NCBI GenBank assembly: GCA_964106915.2
Contig: OZ066921.1
Strand: one strand, 5' to 3'
DNA length: 64,000 bases
Source of the DNA: Podarcis gaigeae
Taxonomy: Eukaryota
Shown: in pieces, positions 47,040-60,399 of the stretch
Layout of the letters: each line of letters begins with the position of its first letter
Position numbering within the stretch: position 1 is the stretch's first letter
Program-made: the position numbers and the translations under genes
Notes under the pieces: model-generated
Seen by the model: the letters and a program-made list of their open reading frames with translations, nothing else
Database searches by the model: none
Told to the model about the DNA's origin: nothing

Positions 47040-48930
47040 TTTCAATCCCTGGAGGACAAACCTGCCCCGCTTTTCAGCACTGGAAGCGGTAGAGAGCTCA
47101 GCTCCCACCTATGTAGGAGCTGGTGGAGAATTTGCTCCAAGAGGGTGGAGGAGTTTGCAGGTAGTTGAACTACAGAGACACGAAGGCAATTCCCAACTCT
47201 TCTTCCGGCAACGGCTTCGCTTTTGGCTAGACACAGGCAGCTGCCCGCTCCGGGTTCAGAGACCCCAAAGGCGAAACACCAGCGCCGCCCGACCCGTGGC
47301 CCAGACAGCCAGTTTCGATGTGCTACAGGCCCCAAGGAGGAGCCATTCCCGGCTAGCGGCAGGAGCAAGAGCCGGAAGGGAAGGCGAGCGGTCAGGCTGG
47401 GCAGAGGCCAAGCCCGCCAGCCGCAGACCAGGAAGTGCCACTTCTTCGCCCGCGCCTCCCGCCACCGGCTGGCCGAAGGCAGCTTCAGGCGGCGGCCCCT
47501 CCGGGCCTCTCTCGCCTTTCCCGGGGCCCTTCCCTGCCTCGGCCAGTTCCTCGGGCGAAAGGCGACCGGGGAGGCTTGTGAGGGCGGCGGGAACCAGGAC
47601 CTCGAGTCGTCCAAGGAGGGCAACGGCCCCGCTCCCCGGAAAACGCAGAACCGAGCGAGGGCGGTCAGCCGGGGAGGCCTTACCCGGGGGCAGGGGGTGG
47701 GGGAGTCTTTTTGTCTCCGTCTGTCCCGGCAGGCAGCGAAGGTGGCGTCGGCGGCGTCACGGGTCCAGGCTCAACTGGGCAGGCGGAGGGATACGTCTCT
47801 TCTCTGCTTTTCAGGAGGAGGAGATGCGCGACAGCGACAGTAGCAAAAGCAACAGTCGTAGTTCTTAGCAGCGTCCAGCCCTCTGTCTGCGACGCGGCTT
47901 CTCCAAGATACAGTGCAGCGACGCACGGGGCGCTTTGTGTTTGTACGGAACTACTTTACCAGCGGAGGGATCTCTCGTCGGAGAAAGAGGGACCTCAATA
48001 AAAGTCGTACTTCCTAAAGCGAGCGTTACCTTCATTGAGGTCCCTCCATAGCCCTCAACTGCGGCTGGAGAGTTCCGACCTCGTCGGGTACGACGTCGGA
48101 GAAGGAGGAGGAAGAGGCGGCGGCCCCGCCCACTGCCCCCCTCCCTCCGAGCTGCTTCCCATCCCCGGGGGCGTCGCTCGGCAGACTGGAGCCCTCCCGC
48201 TATAGGGGCGCTCGCGTGAATGGCCTGGCGCCTTGCAGGGCATGGCGGGGGCGTCAATCGGGTCCCCCTGCTCGTGGCTTGAAAAGAGGCGGGGACGGCG
48301 GCAGCCCCGCCACTAGCACCGCGGCGCCGCCGCTCCGACAAGAGGAGAAGTGGCCCCGTGGAAGCAGGCGACTCGGGGCAAGGGAGGCGGGTTGCAGCAG
48401 CAGCAGTTGCTCCTGCTCCTCCTCCTCGGTAGCCGGGCCCGTGGAGAGCGCCGAAGGACACAACTCTGGCCCTGCTGGCTGATCTGGGTGCGTGAAGCCC
48501 CCGGAGGCGCCGGCCTGATGGCTGCGGGACCCCCTCCCGGCTGAGCGCCTGCGCCGGCCTCGGATCGGCGCCCCTGCTGCCAGGCAAGAGGCGCGCTCCG
48601 CTCGGAGGGGAGGGAAGGGCTCCAGCTCAGCGCGCCCCCGTCCGCCTGTCTGTCCGTCGGTCCCGCCGTGCACGAGCCGGGCGCTCCCGCCGTGCCGCCA
48701 TCTTCCTCTGTCTGTCTGTCTGCCAGCCTGGGCGGCCCTTTGTCCTCCTGCAGCGCTGCTGGGCGAGCCCAGGCCGGGCGACGGAGTCAGGTAAGGGCCG
48801 AGGCGGCGGCAGCCTCCTTTCGAGCGCGGGGTGGGGGCTGATCTCTCAAGGCCCCCCGCTCGCCTACCCTGGTCATCCCCCGCATGGTGACAGGGCTCTT
48901 CTTTCCGCAGGTGCGCCCCCCCTGGGGGGG
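47040..48930. promoter_or_regulatory. CpG island, divergent promoter region of IST1 (-) and ZNF821 (+), including non-coding first exons
   Basis: Very high CpG/GC content between two divergent CDSs; ETS-type CCGGAAG/GGAAGTG sites; ZNF821 5' UTR donor at ~48791 and acceptor at 48910. Confidence 0.75.
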
Positions 48931-48937
48931 GGGAACC

Positions 48938-51900
48938 ATGTCCCGTCGGAAACAGACCACCCCCAATAAAGTCCACTGTGAGTAATAAGGGGAGGGGGGC
49001 TGTTGTCACTTCCACCTTCCCCCCCTTCCCCCGCTCAAGCGAGGCATCCTCATCCGCAAAATGATGGGGGGGGGGACAGCCCTCCCCTCTACTATTTGCT
49101 GCATTCTTCTCCCATAGCCCTGGTGGGGACTCCCTGCCCAGCATCGAAGATTTGTTGGCTGAGCTGAGACATGTCCACGCACCACGTCTTGGAGCCTAAG
49201 GGCTCCTTAGGTACTCTGGGGGCTCAGAACCCCTCTCCGCCATTCTAGTGGCATTCTGTCTCTCACTGGGCCACCTTACCCACTGATGTTTCTTCTGCAA
49301 ATGAACAGCTTTTCAGCACTAGTTGGGAATGTCTGGCTAGTCTCCCTTGCACAATGAGGAACAGGGGACTTCCAGGCACCATGATAGCTTTAGGATCAGA
49401 ATTGAAATAGCAAAGGCCCAGGAAAGAGTCTGGCAATTTCAGGCAAGCACTGCCCACTTTGCACAACTTAAGAGAAAACGTATCAAGGAGGAACTAAAGC
49501 AGATAACTAAACCTGGACCACAAAATCCACAGAAGACGTCTCCCACCACAAATTTGGTTTGCAAAAGTAGAAAAGTAGATTTGCTATTGCCTACACTAAA
49601 GCATCTTTTACACACATGTAACAGCTTTACCCCTGGAGGAGAACCTGTATGGCAGGACAAGCTCTTACAAAATATGGGCCCCGGGGGTAGGGGAGCACAT
49701 GCAAATTCTAGGGCGGAGCCAGGGCATGCAAGAGCCCTCCCTGTGTGCTTAATGCTGCTGAAGGCATTTGTATTTCCAGGTCATGTTGGAAAGGATGCGA
49801 AGGGACGGATTGGTCAGGCCACCGTTGCTTTGCAGGAAGGGTTTGGGGAAAGCTGTTTTGGGGAATGGAGCCCAGGCATTAGTCCCATTCTGAGCCATCT
49901 TCAGGTAGGGGAGACCATCACTGGGCATCTGAGGAGGGGGCAAGGAATGATTGGGCTTGGGAAGGGCAATGGGCTAATGCGGCTTCTTCCTCCCCCATTG
50001 TACTTCCAGGGGAGCAAGTCTTTGCTGGGTTAGAAGAGCACACACGTCAGGCCATGATGCGAAGAGACTTTCCTGGGCTGCTTGGAGCCCAGTCACCACT
50101 CATGCAGCAGCTGCCGCCTCCGCCACAAGAAAAGGACTCCAGCAGCAGCAGTAGCAGCAGCAGCAACAGTGAGTTTCCCCACCTGGTACAGGAGGGCAGC
50201 TCTGGGACACCTGGGAGAGACCAAACACCTGCATGCTGCTTTGGAATCCTGTCAGCTGGTCTGTGGCAGAGGCCTAAAGCTGTTCTGTATTCCAGGTGAT
50301 AGCGAGGGGGATGAGACAACACAAGATGAGGTCTCCTCCCATGCTTCTGAGGAGGATGGAGCATCAGCGACAGTGAAAAAGGAACTGGAACTTACTGAGC
50401 AGCTGGGCTGCAGCAAGCAGGTCGCTCGAGGCCATGAGGCAAGTGCATCACATTGGCCATAGTCAACACATAGTAAAGCAAAAGTGCAACGCTGCTGTGG
50501 TTACTCGGTGAAAGGGACAATAGCAATAGCAGACTCTTGGATAGCCCTAGCATGGAGAAAGAGGACTGTATAGCCAACTCTGGGATTCCTGGGCCTGGTC
50601 CATTGATGTGCCCAAGTGATCACTGCAGCAGGCTCAAGTGATTGGGTCTAGGCTTTTTAGCATTAGAGTTCCCTAATGGTAATGGGGGCAAAGGGAGTGA
50701 TAGAGCTGTTGTCATCTCATTCTGGGCTTCCCAGAAGAGGCATTTGGTTGGCTGCTGTGTGTTAGAAAGACAACACACAACTAGGTAGACCCTCAATCTG
50801 ATTGCGCAGGGCTAATCTTACATTGTAGAGAATCCGTCAACATGGTTTTAAAGGGTCTGGTGCAGCATCAGTTGGGGGGAGGGGTATGTGTATGCGTGTG
50901 GCAGAATACCAGGCATGGGTCTTGTCCTCTGCTCTTTCCTTAGCCTGCCTTTCCTTGCTTGCAGATGGGTTTAAATGCCAGCCCAGATACCCTGATGGGA
51001 CTCTCCCGTTGTCCCCTCTGCCAGCTAGAGTGTGGAAGCAGGGAGCAGCTTGTCACTCATGTCTATCAGGTACTTAGAGGGGGCTTTGATGAGACCATCA
51101 CGCAAGGCTAAACCATCCCTGCCCTGGCTCCCCCTTTCCTTCCAGGCTGAAATTAGTAATCCTGGACTGGGAAAGGGTGGGGATGGGGGCAGGGGCTGTT
51201 GGCATTGGATGCAGTTTGAATCATCCCCCCCCCCCGGTGGGTTTGCACCACATCCCAGGGAAGGCCTTGCGGGTCTCTCTCCTTCTTTCCCTAACAGAAG
51301 AGGGAGCTCTTCCGTGGCATGGCCTTGGCTGCCTGCCCTCATAGGGACAGCTGAGAGGGGGACAGGGCGGCGGAGCCCTTGCCTGACAGCCCGGCCTCGT
51401 TTGCAGCATACGGCAGCTGTGGTCAGTGCCAAGAGCTACCTGTGTCCCGTCTGTGGCCGAGCACTCAGCTCCCCGGGCTCCTTGGGCAGGCACCTCCTCA
51501 TCCACTCCGAGGACCAACTGTCCAACTGTGCGGTGTGTGGGGCTCGCTTCACCAGCCATGCTACTTTCAACAGGTGAGAAGTGGGCATCTCTGACGGTGG
51601 GACTGGGACTACGTGGCCCAGGCCGCATTTTGGAAGTCCTGGAAGGGCCCTGTTCAATGGAAGCAATGGAGGTTATACCTGGCAATTTCTGGAGGCCGCT
51701 GGAATAGGTGACCCCAGCCAGAAGCATTCTGCAGGCCAGCATTCATGTGGGTGGGGTGGCTTGTAAGCATGGCCAGAGGGAGGGGGAGGGTTACAGCTAA
51801 GGCAGTAGCTTGCAAGCCTACACAATGGCTTCTTACGATCTGTGCCGACCACCTGTCATTTCTACTCTTTGACTTTCACAGTGAGAAGGTGTCAGAGGTG

Positions 51901-52551
51901 CTGTGTGGAGATGCCCTGCCCATTCCCCTCCCTGAGGCTTCTTCTGGTGCCGAGGAAAAAGCAGGTGGTGGTGCTGCTGCTGCTGTCAGCCCCACAGTGT
52001 ATCCTGCTGGCATCCTCCTGGTGTGCAACAGCTGCGTGGCCTACCGCAAGCTTCTGGAAGCTCAAGCTCCAGGGGTTCGCAAGTGGGCCTTGCGAAGGCA
52101 GAACGAGCCCCTGGAGGTGCGGCTGCAGCGCCTGGAGCGAGAGCGCACAGCTAAGAAGAGCCGTCGAGACAACGAGACGCCGGAGGAGCGGGAGGTGAGG
52201 CGCATGAGGGATCGAGAGGCCAAGCGGCTGCAGCGCATGCAGGAGACGGACGAGCAGCGTGCGCGCCGCCTGCAGCGGGACCGTGAAGCAATGCGCCTCA
52301 AGCGGGCCAACGAGACCCCTGAGAAGCGGCAGGCTCGGCTCATCCGGGAGCGTGAAGCCAAGAGGCTAAAGCGGCGGCTGGAGAAAATGGACATGATGCT
52401 GCGGGCACAGTTTGGCCAGGACCCCTCGGCCATGGCTGCATTGGCAGCCGAGATGAACTTCTTCCCACTGCCAGTGGGTGGGCTAGAGCTTGAGGGGCAG
52501 CTGCTTGGTAAAATGGCCTTTGAGGAGCCGAGTCCCAGTGCCCTGCACTGA
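48938..52551 (+). CDS. ZNF821: Zinc finger protein 821, ~427 aa
   Basis: Exons 48938-48977, 50010-50168, 50296-50438, 50965-51069, 51407-51573, 51882-52551. MSRRKQTTPNKVHW; C2H2 fingers CPLCQLECGSREQLVTHVYQH and CPVCGRALSSPGSLGRHLLIH; STPR repeats ETPEEREVRRMRDREAKRLQR. Confidence 0.95.
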
Positions 52552-55500
52552 GGAAGGTAAAAAGGAGGACCTGCTCTTGTCTGCTGAGGCCCCACTTGCT
52601 CCGCCAGTGAAGCATGGAACTGGAGTGTGACAGTGGTCTGAGGGAGGGAGGAAGGGGCGGGAGCACTGGTTGTGATCAGAAATAAATTAATTGTACATGT
52701 CCTCAGTCTGTGCCTCGTGGGCTTGGCCAGTTCACTGCAGCAGCTTGAAAGGCAGCTGCTGCTTCTGCCTTACCCAGCTTGCTTCCTTGCTGGGCAAGAT
52801 CCAGCTGGAATTTTGCAGTTCTGTAGCCTACCTACATCACGCTGGAGCTCTTAAGTGGGGACTAGCAAAGAAGGTGGAGTCCTGAAGAGGGAGGTGTATA
52901 ATACGGCTTGGAGCCTCACAAGTTACCCGCAGGGGTGTATTAGGCCTAATCATAGTGGCTGCTAGACTTAGGTACAGCAGCACCAAATGGGAGGTTTGTG
53001 GAAGAATTTTACATTCTGGGGGGATACAAGTTGGGGAGGGAGAAAGCAGCTAGATTTGAGTGCTGCTGCTCTTCTTGCCTTTGTGCTTAGAGAGATGGTG
53101 GTGGAAGGAGGCAGTTTCTCCCTGGGAGCACCAGTGAAAGGCAGACTTCTAAACAAAGGCTAGAGGAAGGCCCTAATGAGGGGTATATTTCTTTTCTTGG
53201 TCAGCAGCCTGTGTTGTCTCTAGCCCAACTTCCAAACTAGGTAAAAGGGAGAGACTTGGCTGCACAAGCGAGGAGAAGTTATCTCTGTCTTGTTAGCCAG
53301 GTCTGTTCTGTCCTATTAATCTTAAATCATAAAACCTATGTGCAGCCTGTTAAATTTTTTACACAACAGAACTGAGCTAATTGTGCCAGTGTGAAGATTG
53401 CTAATTGTGGCTTTAGTGACCATCGTATGAATTTAAGGAAGTTTCCTTTATGAGCTTTGGGGTTTCTGCCAAAATTTTCTCCAGGAGACAAGTAAGACAC
53501 AGACACATCAAAAGAAAAGCTATTGGCTTATAATTATATAGATATATATATAGATATAGATATATGTATATATACTGTTTACATAAGTCAACAAGTTAAA
53601 TGCAGTATTCATAAGAGCATTAACAATAAAAATACAATCTGTGTGTACAGAGACTTTAAATGGTAAAACAGGAAAAAGGATCTCACCCAAAATACAAATA
53701 TACAGTACAAATTGATTTATTTAAAACAGGTACAAAAAAAGCACAACAAAATAGATTATCCTCCTTAGATTGGTAATGCTTCATTAAAGATCAGGTAGGA
53801 GAAAAGGGGCTGGGCACTCGGCTAGTCCTAAGGCTTTAGAGATACGATGCAGTGGGTTTCGGAGTGAAGATGACTGTTGTTGGTTGCAGGGCTGCTACAC
53901 ACTCGCCCCTTGCCAGCTGCATACAGGAAGGTGACCCACCCCAACTAAGGTGCTATGCAAGGGATTGAAGGGTGGCAGGCTGACTCTGTTTGCTTTCTTC
54001 CGCAGTGCATCTTGAGATATAGCAAAGGAACTTTCTCTGCAATAAGCCACTGGGTCAGGCCATCGCTCAGTGTTTCTGGGCAGAGGTGGGACTTAATATA
54101 AGCGGATGTTTGCTCTTGCAGGCAAGGGCTACAGAAACAGCCGGCAAGAAGGGACGGGAAACCTTTTAGCTGGAAAGGGTATCTGGTTGGTGCCCTTCTG
54201 AAGAGCAGGACCCCAGTTCATCACCCCCTAGTTTGGCACCCCACACTGAAACGTGTCTCTTTTAGCAGCCCCCTTCCTACCCTATGGAATGGCCAAATGG
54301 ACACAGCTGTGCAGCTGCCAGTCCCACAGTATTGCATATTAGGGAGCCCTTCCCAAATATTTACTAGGGCTTGGAAAGGGGTCGTGCTGTAGTGTCACAA
54401 GAGAGAAATAGCTTATTGCTCTAGGAAGCTGGTTCTCCCAACCCTCCAGCGGCCCCAGATGGAGTAGTGCCCAATGACACTTCCATATTTTGCAGCTCTA
54501 TTCCTAACTCTGTCCTGGGCCCTAAGGGCTGTGCAGCAAGCTATCCTGAAACAGCACTGGACCGGGGTGGCAGCGGTGGCAGTAGTGTTGGGCGGTCCAG
54601 ATGAACTGAGGGGAACTGACCCTCAATAGCCATGGAGGGCCAGAGTTGGTGCCAATGAAAGAGGTGGCCAGTCAGGCTCTTCTGCTGTGATGCTGTGCAA
54701 GTGATCCAGCTCCCATGAAGCCCTGGGAGTAGAAGGGCACTCTGCCCTAATGGCATGAAGCAGACATCTCCCTGGTGGCAGGGGAGCTGAAGGACAAAGG
54801 AGAAACCTAGGCCAGCATTTACATGGAAATGAGTGTTGGTCTAGTAAGCACACAATCCAGGGGAGCCCAAGAGCAAGTAAGGAAGGCAGAGGGTGGTTTG
54901 CGGGGAAACCTGGCTCGGAATAGTGCAAAGTGCCGGGCCTTCCAGAGGAGAACAGCAAAGTCTTCCACCTTTCATATAGAGAGGGCTTGGAGTGGATGAG
55001 GTGGCTGGTCAGACAGGAAAGCAGTTCCCGTTGTGAGCCAGGAATGCCTGTAGGCAATGGCCTAAAAGCAACAACTGTAGACAAAACATCCAAGGGAAAC
55101 AAGCCAAGACTGCCCATTTGGAGCAGTGGGAGGAGCTTCCTGGCTGCTATTCTGGAGTGGGACTTGGATGGCACTGATGCAGAGTCACGGCTATGATTCA
55201 GAGCCCTAGAGCTCACCCCTGCCGAATTGAGGGCACCAGTGCAGGAGAGGGTACTCAGCCAGCGTCTAGAACTCAAGCAGTTCTACAGCTTTCTCAGCTC
55301 AAAAACTGTTAACCACTTGTACATTTCATCATCTTTCATTCTGTTTGAGTCACCAGTGCACACAGAAGAGCAATTTTCATCTTTATCAGAAGAACCTGAA
55401 TACATTTTTCTAATATCCAAAGAAATCTTACACATGTAGTGGGGGCCATTCAAGCTGGTTACAGTGGCCAGAATGTCCCCTCTCCAAACTCTCAATAGGA

Positions 55501-56377
55501 AATGCTTTAATCACCCCAAGGAAAAGCAGGAGTGTCTGTATGTGCACTAGCATGCTCTTATATACAAACTGCCTTGCACTTTTCAAGGGAGCTGGCTGTA
55601 ACTTGAGGAATCCACCTCTGTGACAAGCCTTAGCCCAGGCCATTCAGACCTGGCTTAGCTGTGAACATCTAAGGCATCTGCAACAGAAGTGGATGCAGCC
55701 TTTCTAGAAGATGGAGGTGGGGACTTAAGAGCAGGATGGAGATAGCTGAAGAAGCCAGAGCTAGAACATCCTCTCACACGTACACCTACACCATTCCCAC
55801 CTATGGGATTCGAGTTCTACCTGGCTGCAGAGCTGTGAGGCAGCACACTGCCAGGTTTGCAATTTAACAGACTATTAACCATTTCCTTTCAATCTAACAC
55901 ATGTGAGGAAATTGCATACAAATACTACCTCCCTGAGGAGAAATCCAGGCTCCCTTGACTCGGTGCCTGGAGAGGGGCTGCTGGGAGGCCCAGACAAAAA
56001 TCCTTAACTTGGGACCCGAGCAGAAGAAACCTGGCAAACTCCCTCACTGCTCCCTTGCCCTGGTAAAAGCACCCTCCTGCTATGTGTGAGCAAGTGTCCA
56101 ATAAAGTGCTTGAGTGAGGTGGTGGGGGATGTTGAGCCCTTGCTCCTCTCCTCACAGAAGCAGCGCAGTCACTGCTTCCTTCAGAGTCTCCCCTTGGCTG
56201 ACCCCAATCTACCCTACCCAGGCTCAGACCTCCCCTACAGGGGGTGGAGAGAAGGAGCCTCTGTCAGTGGAATGATTCTAGGCACACAACTGGGGAAAGG
56301 GCCGAGCATCTGAGCAGTGGCCAAACTGGAAGGAACCCAGTTAAGCGTGGCACACAATTTCGCCCACCACTGGGGCT

Positions 56378-58363
56378 TCACTTCCCTGCATTTGAACGGC
56401 CCTCGATGGACAACTTGACCTCCTGGGGAATGAATGAAGGGCGGAGGAGTGGTGGCCGGGGCTCCTCCCCAGACCTTTGGAAGCTGGGGCCTGCCCAACC
56501 ATGCAGAGAAACAGGATCGTGGTGGGTGGATTCCTGGGGGGAGCCCACTGCCACTCCACCCTTCTCCAATGGGTTTTTCTGCAGCTCCTGGAGACTCTCC
56601 CCACCCCGCCCTGGTCTCTCTCGGGTAGCACTCTGGGGGCTTGCCTGGGGCACAAGCCTCCCATTCAGACTCTGTAAACTGATGGAAATGCAAACATCTC
56701 CCACCTGCAGCCTGTGGCAGGAGAGTGAGAAGAGCCGGTTTGTCCTCTCTGGACTGCATGAGGACCAGCCCTGTCCATACACAAAGAAAGGGTGCTCAGG
56801 GGGCACATCGATGCTCACTTTGCTCTGCTGCTCCCCCACCACAAAATGCAGTGTGACGAAACCCTGCCAGGGACTCTCTTGGATGTCCACCACAGTGCTG
56901 GAGTCAATCTTGAGGCCACCACTCACCTCTGCACTGCGCACAAAGTCCTGGGTCTGCAGGTCCTCCACCCTCTTTAGCTCTCCTGTGGCCAGCTGGATGA
57001 TGGCTCCTTTCATGAAGTGGGAGGGTAAGTGGCTCTGGGAATGGGCACGTTCCGTGTCAGGTAGTCCCTCATGGGCTGTTCCCTCAGGACTTGCACCTCC
57101 CAGGCCATCCTGAGCCCCAGGATGGAGGGACCCTGAGACTGGCCGACCATTGGCCATTGTAATGCCTTTCAGTATTTGCCGATGGCGGAGCTGCTCCTCA
57201 GGGGACTTTGCCGACAGTCTCCGAAAGTGGCTTTTCTCAGCAGTAGCAGCCACCACAAGTTCCACTGGGTTCCTCATTGACTCTGCCTTCTGCTCAGGAG
57301 GATTACGATGGGAAAGGTTTAGAGGGCTCAAGCCATCCTTCTGCTGAGCAGAACAAACAGGGTAGTCCTGGGAAGCAAGCACTCCAACCACCCTCTGCAC
57401 CTCCAGGTCTGTATCTGGGGTGCTCCGCTGAGATGGCACAGAGATCTCTGTTCTCAAAATCTGACTGCTTGTCAAGAAGGTACCTTCAGTGCTGCACTCT
57501 ACCGTTGTCCTTGGCCACTGTCCTTCAGCCTCACTTTCCTTCGCCCCCATGGCAGACCTTTGCACCCCGTTTGCTGTGACTTTAGGATCTAGCTGATTCT
57601 CCTGCAGAGACTGCTCAGTGTTTGGGCCAGCAACAGAAGCTTCAAATGATGAATAGCCTGCTGGCAGACGGGACATCTGATAATAGACTGGAATTCGGCC
57701 CTGTGTAACATCCAGTGGCTGACCTCCAACATGGGGCTGCAGGGAGCCTGAAGGCAAAACTGAGGCACTGGTCTTGCCAAAGCTGTGGGCTGCCTGTGGA
57801 GAAGGAGCAGAGTCTTCAGCCAGGAGAGGTGCATAGGGCACAAAGTGTGGGATATGAGAGGCAGCAAGGCTGGCTGAAGAGGACAGAAGGTGGCTGGGCA
57901 GGAAGCCAGGAGGCACAGCGGCGGCATAGGGTACAGAATAGTGTGATCCCACAAACTGCAAGGGAGCAGGAGGAAGTTGAGTGTAATGGATAGGCGAGTA
58001 GGGGATACCAGGGTGCGGGATCAGCTGCGAGGTCATACTGAAGGCTGGAGGCAGCGGGCTGACATTCACCACAGGTGAGAAGGTGGCCGGGGGCATCGCC
58101 ACTTTGTACAATAAGCCATACTGGTCCACGGTAAGACTGGTCACTGTGTCGGAGCTGCCACCAGCCTCCGTGTAACGTGAAGGTGCCTGGCTCTGCCTGC
58201 CTGTTGCTGAGCCCCGGGACCATTCCACAGAGGTCTCGCCGCCGCCACCGCCCACCAGACCCGACTCAGCCGCCCGCCCCGGCTCTTCGTTGTTGGCTGC
58301 CACCGGCAGGTCGCGCTTCTTGGGGGGGAGGAATTCCTGGCCCCGCTCCTGAGCCGCTCTCAT
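56378..58363 (-). CDS. ATXN1L: Ataxin-1-like protein, 661 aa, single coding exon
   Basis: Start in gccATG context: MRAAQERGQEFLPPKKRDLP; AXH domain LPSHFMKGAIIQLATGELKRVEDLQTQDF...LQVGDVCISI; C-terminus RPSFIPQEVKLSIEGRSNAGK*. Confidence 0.96.
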   Translation of the reverse strand: MRAAQERGQEFLPPKKRDLPVAANNEEPGRAAESGLVGGGGGETSVEWSRGSATGRQSQAPSRYTEAGGSSDTVTSLTVDQYGLLYKVAMPPATFSPVVNVSPLPPAFSMTSQLIPHPGIPYSPIHYTQLPPAPLQFVGSHYSVPYAAAVPPGFLPSHLLSSSASLAASHIPHFVPYAPLLAEDSAPSPQAAHSFGKTSASVLPSGSLQPHVGGQPLDVTQGRIPVYYQMSRLPAGYSSFEASVAGPNTEQSLQENQLDPKVTANGVQRSAMGAKESEAEGQWPRTTVECSTEGTFLTSSQILRTEISVPSQRSTPDTDLEVQRVVGVLASQDYPVCSAQQKDGLSPLNLSHRNPPEQKAESMRNPVELVVAATAEKSHFRRLSAKSPEEQLRHRQILKGITMANGRPVSGSLHPGAQDGLGGASPEGTAHEGLPDTERAHSQSHLPSHFMKGAIIQLATGELKRVEDLQTQDFVRSAEVSGGLKIDSSTVVDIQESPWQGFVTLHFVVGEQQSKVSIDVPPEHPFFVYGQGWSSCSPERTNRLFSLSCHRLQVGDVCISISLQSLNGRLVPQASPQSATRERPGRGGESLQELQKNPLEKGGVAVGSPQESTHHDPVSLHGWAGPSFQRSGEEPRPPLLRPSFIPQEVKLSIEGRSNAGK

Positions 58364-58860
58364 GGCGCTCGCTTCGGGAAGCTGCAAGGTGGGCTGCTGC
58401 TGTCGCCTCCTCCTCCTCAAGGGGGTCTCCGGGCGGGATCACCTGCAAAGACACAGAGAAGAACACAGGGGTCAGCTGGGGGGGGCAGGCGGGCGGCTTC
58501 CGCCCGGCGGGGGGAAGGGAGCCCCGGACACTCCTGTCGCTCACCCGCCGCCACCGCCGCCGCCTCCACGGCTGAGTGCCATCCCTCTGCCCGCCGACTC
58601 CGCAGCCACCCCGGGCCTGACCCCGCCCTCTTTCTTCTCCGCCGCCGCCGCCTTGCACGGCGCGCCGGAACTGCCGAGGCTCATGACGTTAGGACGGCGC
58701 GCGCAGAGCGCACAGCGATGACGTGATCGCCGCCTGCGGTTGCCATAACGACAGTCGAGGAAGCTGCGGCGGCATCGCTATAGCGACAAACGCACCTGCC
58801 CTTCCCCTCTGCACGTGACGTCGCGCCCCGGCATCCCCCCGAGCTCTACTCCTTCGAGCC
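58200..58860 (-). promoter_or_regulatory. ATXN1L CpG island promoter and 5' UTR exon/intron
   Basis: CpG-rich; short 5' UTR intron ~58443-58544; TGACGT half-CREs and E-box GTCACGTG (58812-58819). Confidence 0.6.
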
Positions 58861-60399
58861 ATAACTGGTCTACCTGTAGGGTTGTTGTAAGGACTGCTGA
58901 GGTCTGGCTTGAGAAATAATAAGCGATGCTTGTGCACTTGAAGCGGTCTCTCCACTGTGTGGTGTGCGTCTTTATTAAGATGATGAACCCGCCAGCCTCG
59001 TGCCTTTGCGGCAGGAAAACCGAAGCGCCCCCACGGGGCTTGCTGGCATTAAACTGGGATTGGAAAGGAACGAGTAAACTGGCGCTGCTTCTCGGCTGGC
59101 TATTCCAGGCCTTAAACCGGGAAGATGCGTAAATTATGGCCACAGTCAAAATCACGCTAAGCAAATCAAGGAAGGGGAAGCAGAGAGGAGAGACCTTTAA
59201 TAGGAGCCTCACGCTATCCTGGCAAGGAACCGGTCTCTGTGTGGGTAGGCAGCCAGTAAATGTTTCCAAAACCGCAAAGAGCCAGGCCGCTTCAGTCACA
59301 GACTCTGCACGACACGAGTTCCTTTTACAAGGGCAGCAATTCTCGAAGCACTTTCCAACCTTCAAGCATAAAAGTGGCCTTGGCCTTATACTGGCCAGGA
59401 CAGGAACAGCTTGCTGGTGCTGTGTAGATGGGATGGGATAGAGCTGTCACTCGATGTTGAGTTGCTTAATCATTTTTCCTTTGTGTCTGTGAGAAAGAGA
59501 GGAATGCTCTCAGTAGGGCTTCTGTCGCCCATCGATTTGCAAGTAAAAAAAAAAAGCCGCTGTCTGGCGAGATCCTAGGAAGAGCTCTGCTTGTCCGTTA
59601 GATCAAACTAAGTGGAAGAGGGAAGGGAAGGGCTGCATGTGCTTTTGCGTGCAGACAGGACCAGACTTAAAATCCTGGAGGGAATTTCAGGTAGGCCAGA
59701 GTGAGGAATCCTGCCTAAAACTGTGAAAAGTTGTTGACCACCAGTGTAAGCAATACTGAGATAGGTGGAACAAGAGACTGACAGTTTAAGACAGCTTCCT
59801 ACAGTATCCCCATCTGTTTCCCAGCGATTAGCCAGATGCCCTGATGGAAGGCGGAAGTAGTGCAAAAAGCCGCCGACGTTGACTATCAGAGATAACGATT
59901 GAAGTGACCAATATATATTCCGTGGCGAGGCTTTCTAGTCCCCAAACCTTAATACTAGCCGCCGAACTGTAGAGCCCTAAGAGAGGCCAGAGCTGAAATG
60001 GATGTATCGGCCACATTAGCGAAAACTGTTTCACGCAAATCAGAGGAGGTTGAGCCGGGAGGCTCTCCACGTTCAAACAAGGCGCTTGCCAGCAAGCTTC
60101 TTCGTCTCTCTGCGGCCTCAGAAACGGGACACTGGAGCTCCGTGCAAAGCCTGCAGTCCTGTGTATGTCCAAAGCACTGGGATATATTTCCGAGTAAACT
60201 TGCTTAAGATTGAGCTTGCTGGAAAAGCTCGTGCTCTGTACGGACTTGGCCCCGCTACTGGCCCCCGGCAATTCGCAATTGGCGAAGACGCTTCAGTCGC
60301 CCTGACAGCTGGTTTTTTCCTCGAAGGACGGGCAGGCGCTTCGCTTCTTGGGCTGTAGGCAAGTTCCATATCCAGAACGGAACTTTAAACTTCGCTAAT

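Noticed and set aside
47042-49144. Long Arg/Gly/Pro-rich ORFs (190-300 aa) on both strands, likewise at 60600-61460
   Set aside because: Expected stop-codon depletion in CpG islands; no recognisable domains.
49347-50033. 228-aa ORF in a ZNF821 intron
   Set aside because: Non-ATG start, no domain, and it overlaps the next exon out of frame.
58364-58420. N-terminal extension MRRRRRQQQ... of ATXN1L in the ORF track
   Set aside because: It starts at TTG; the ATG at 58363 has good Kozak context and matches the known N-terminus.
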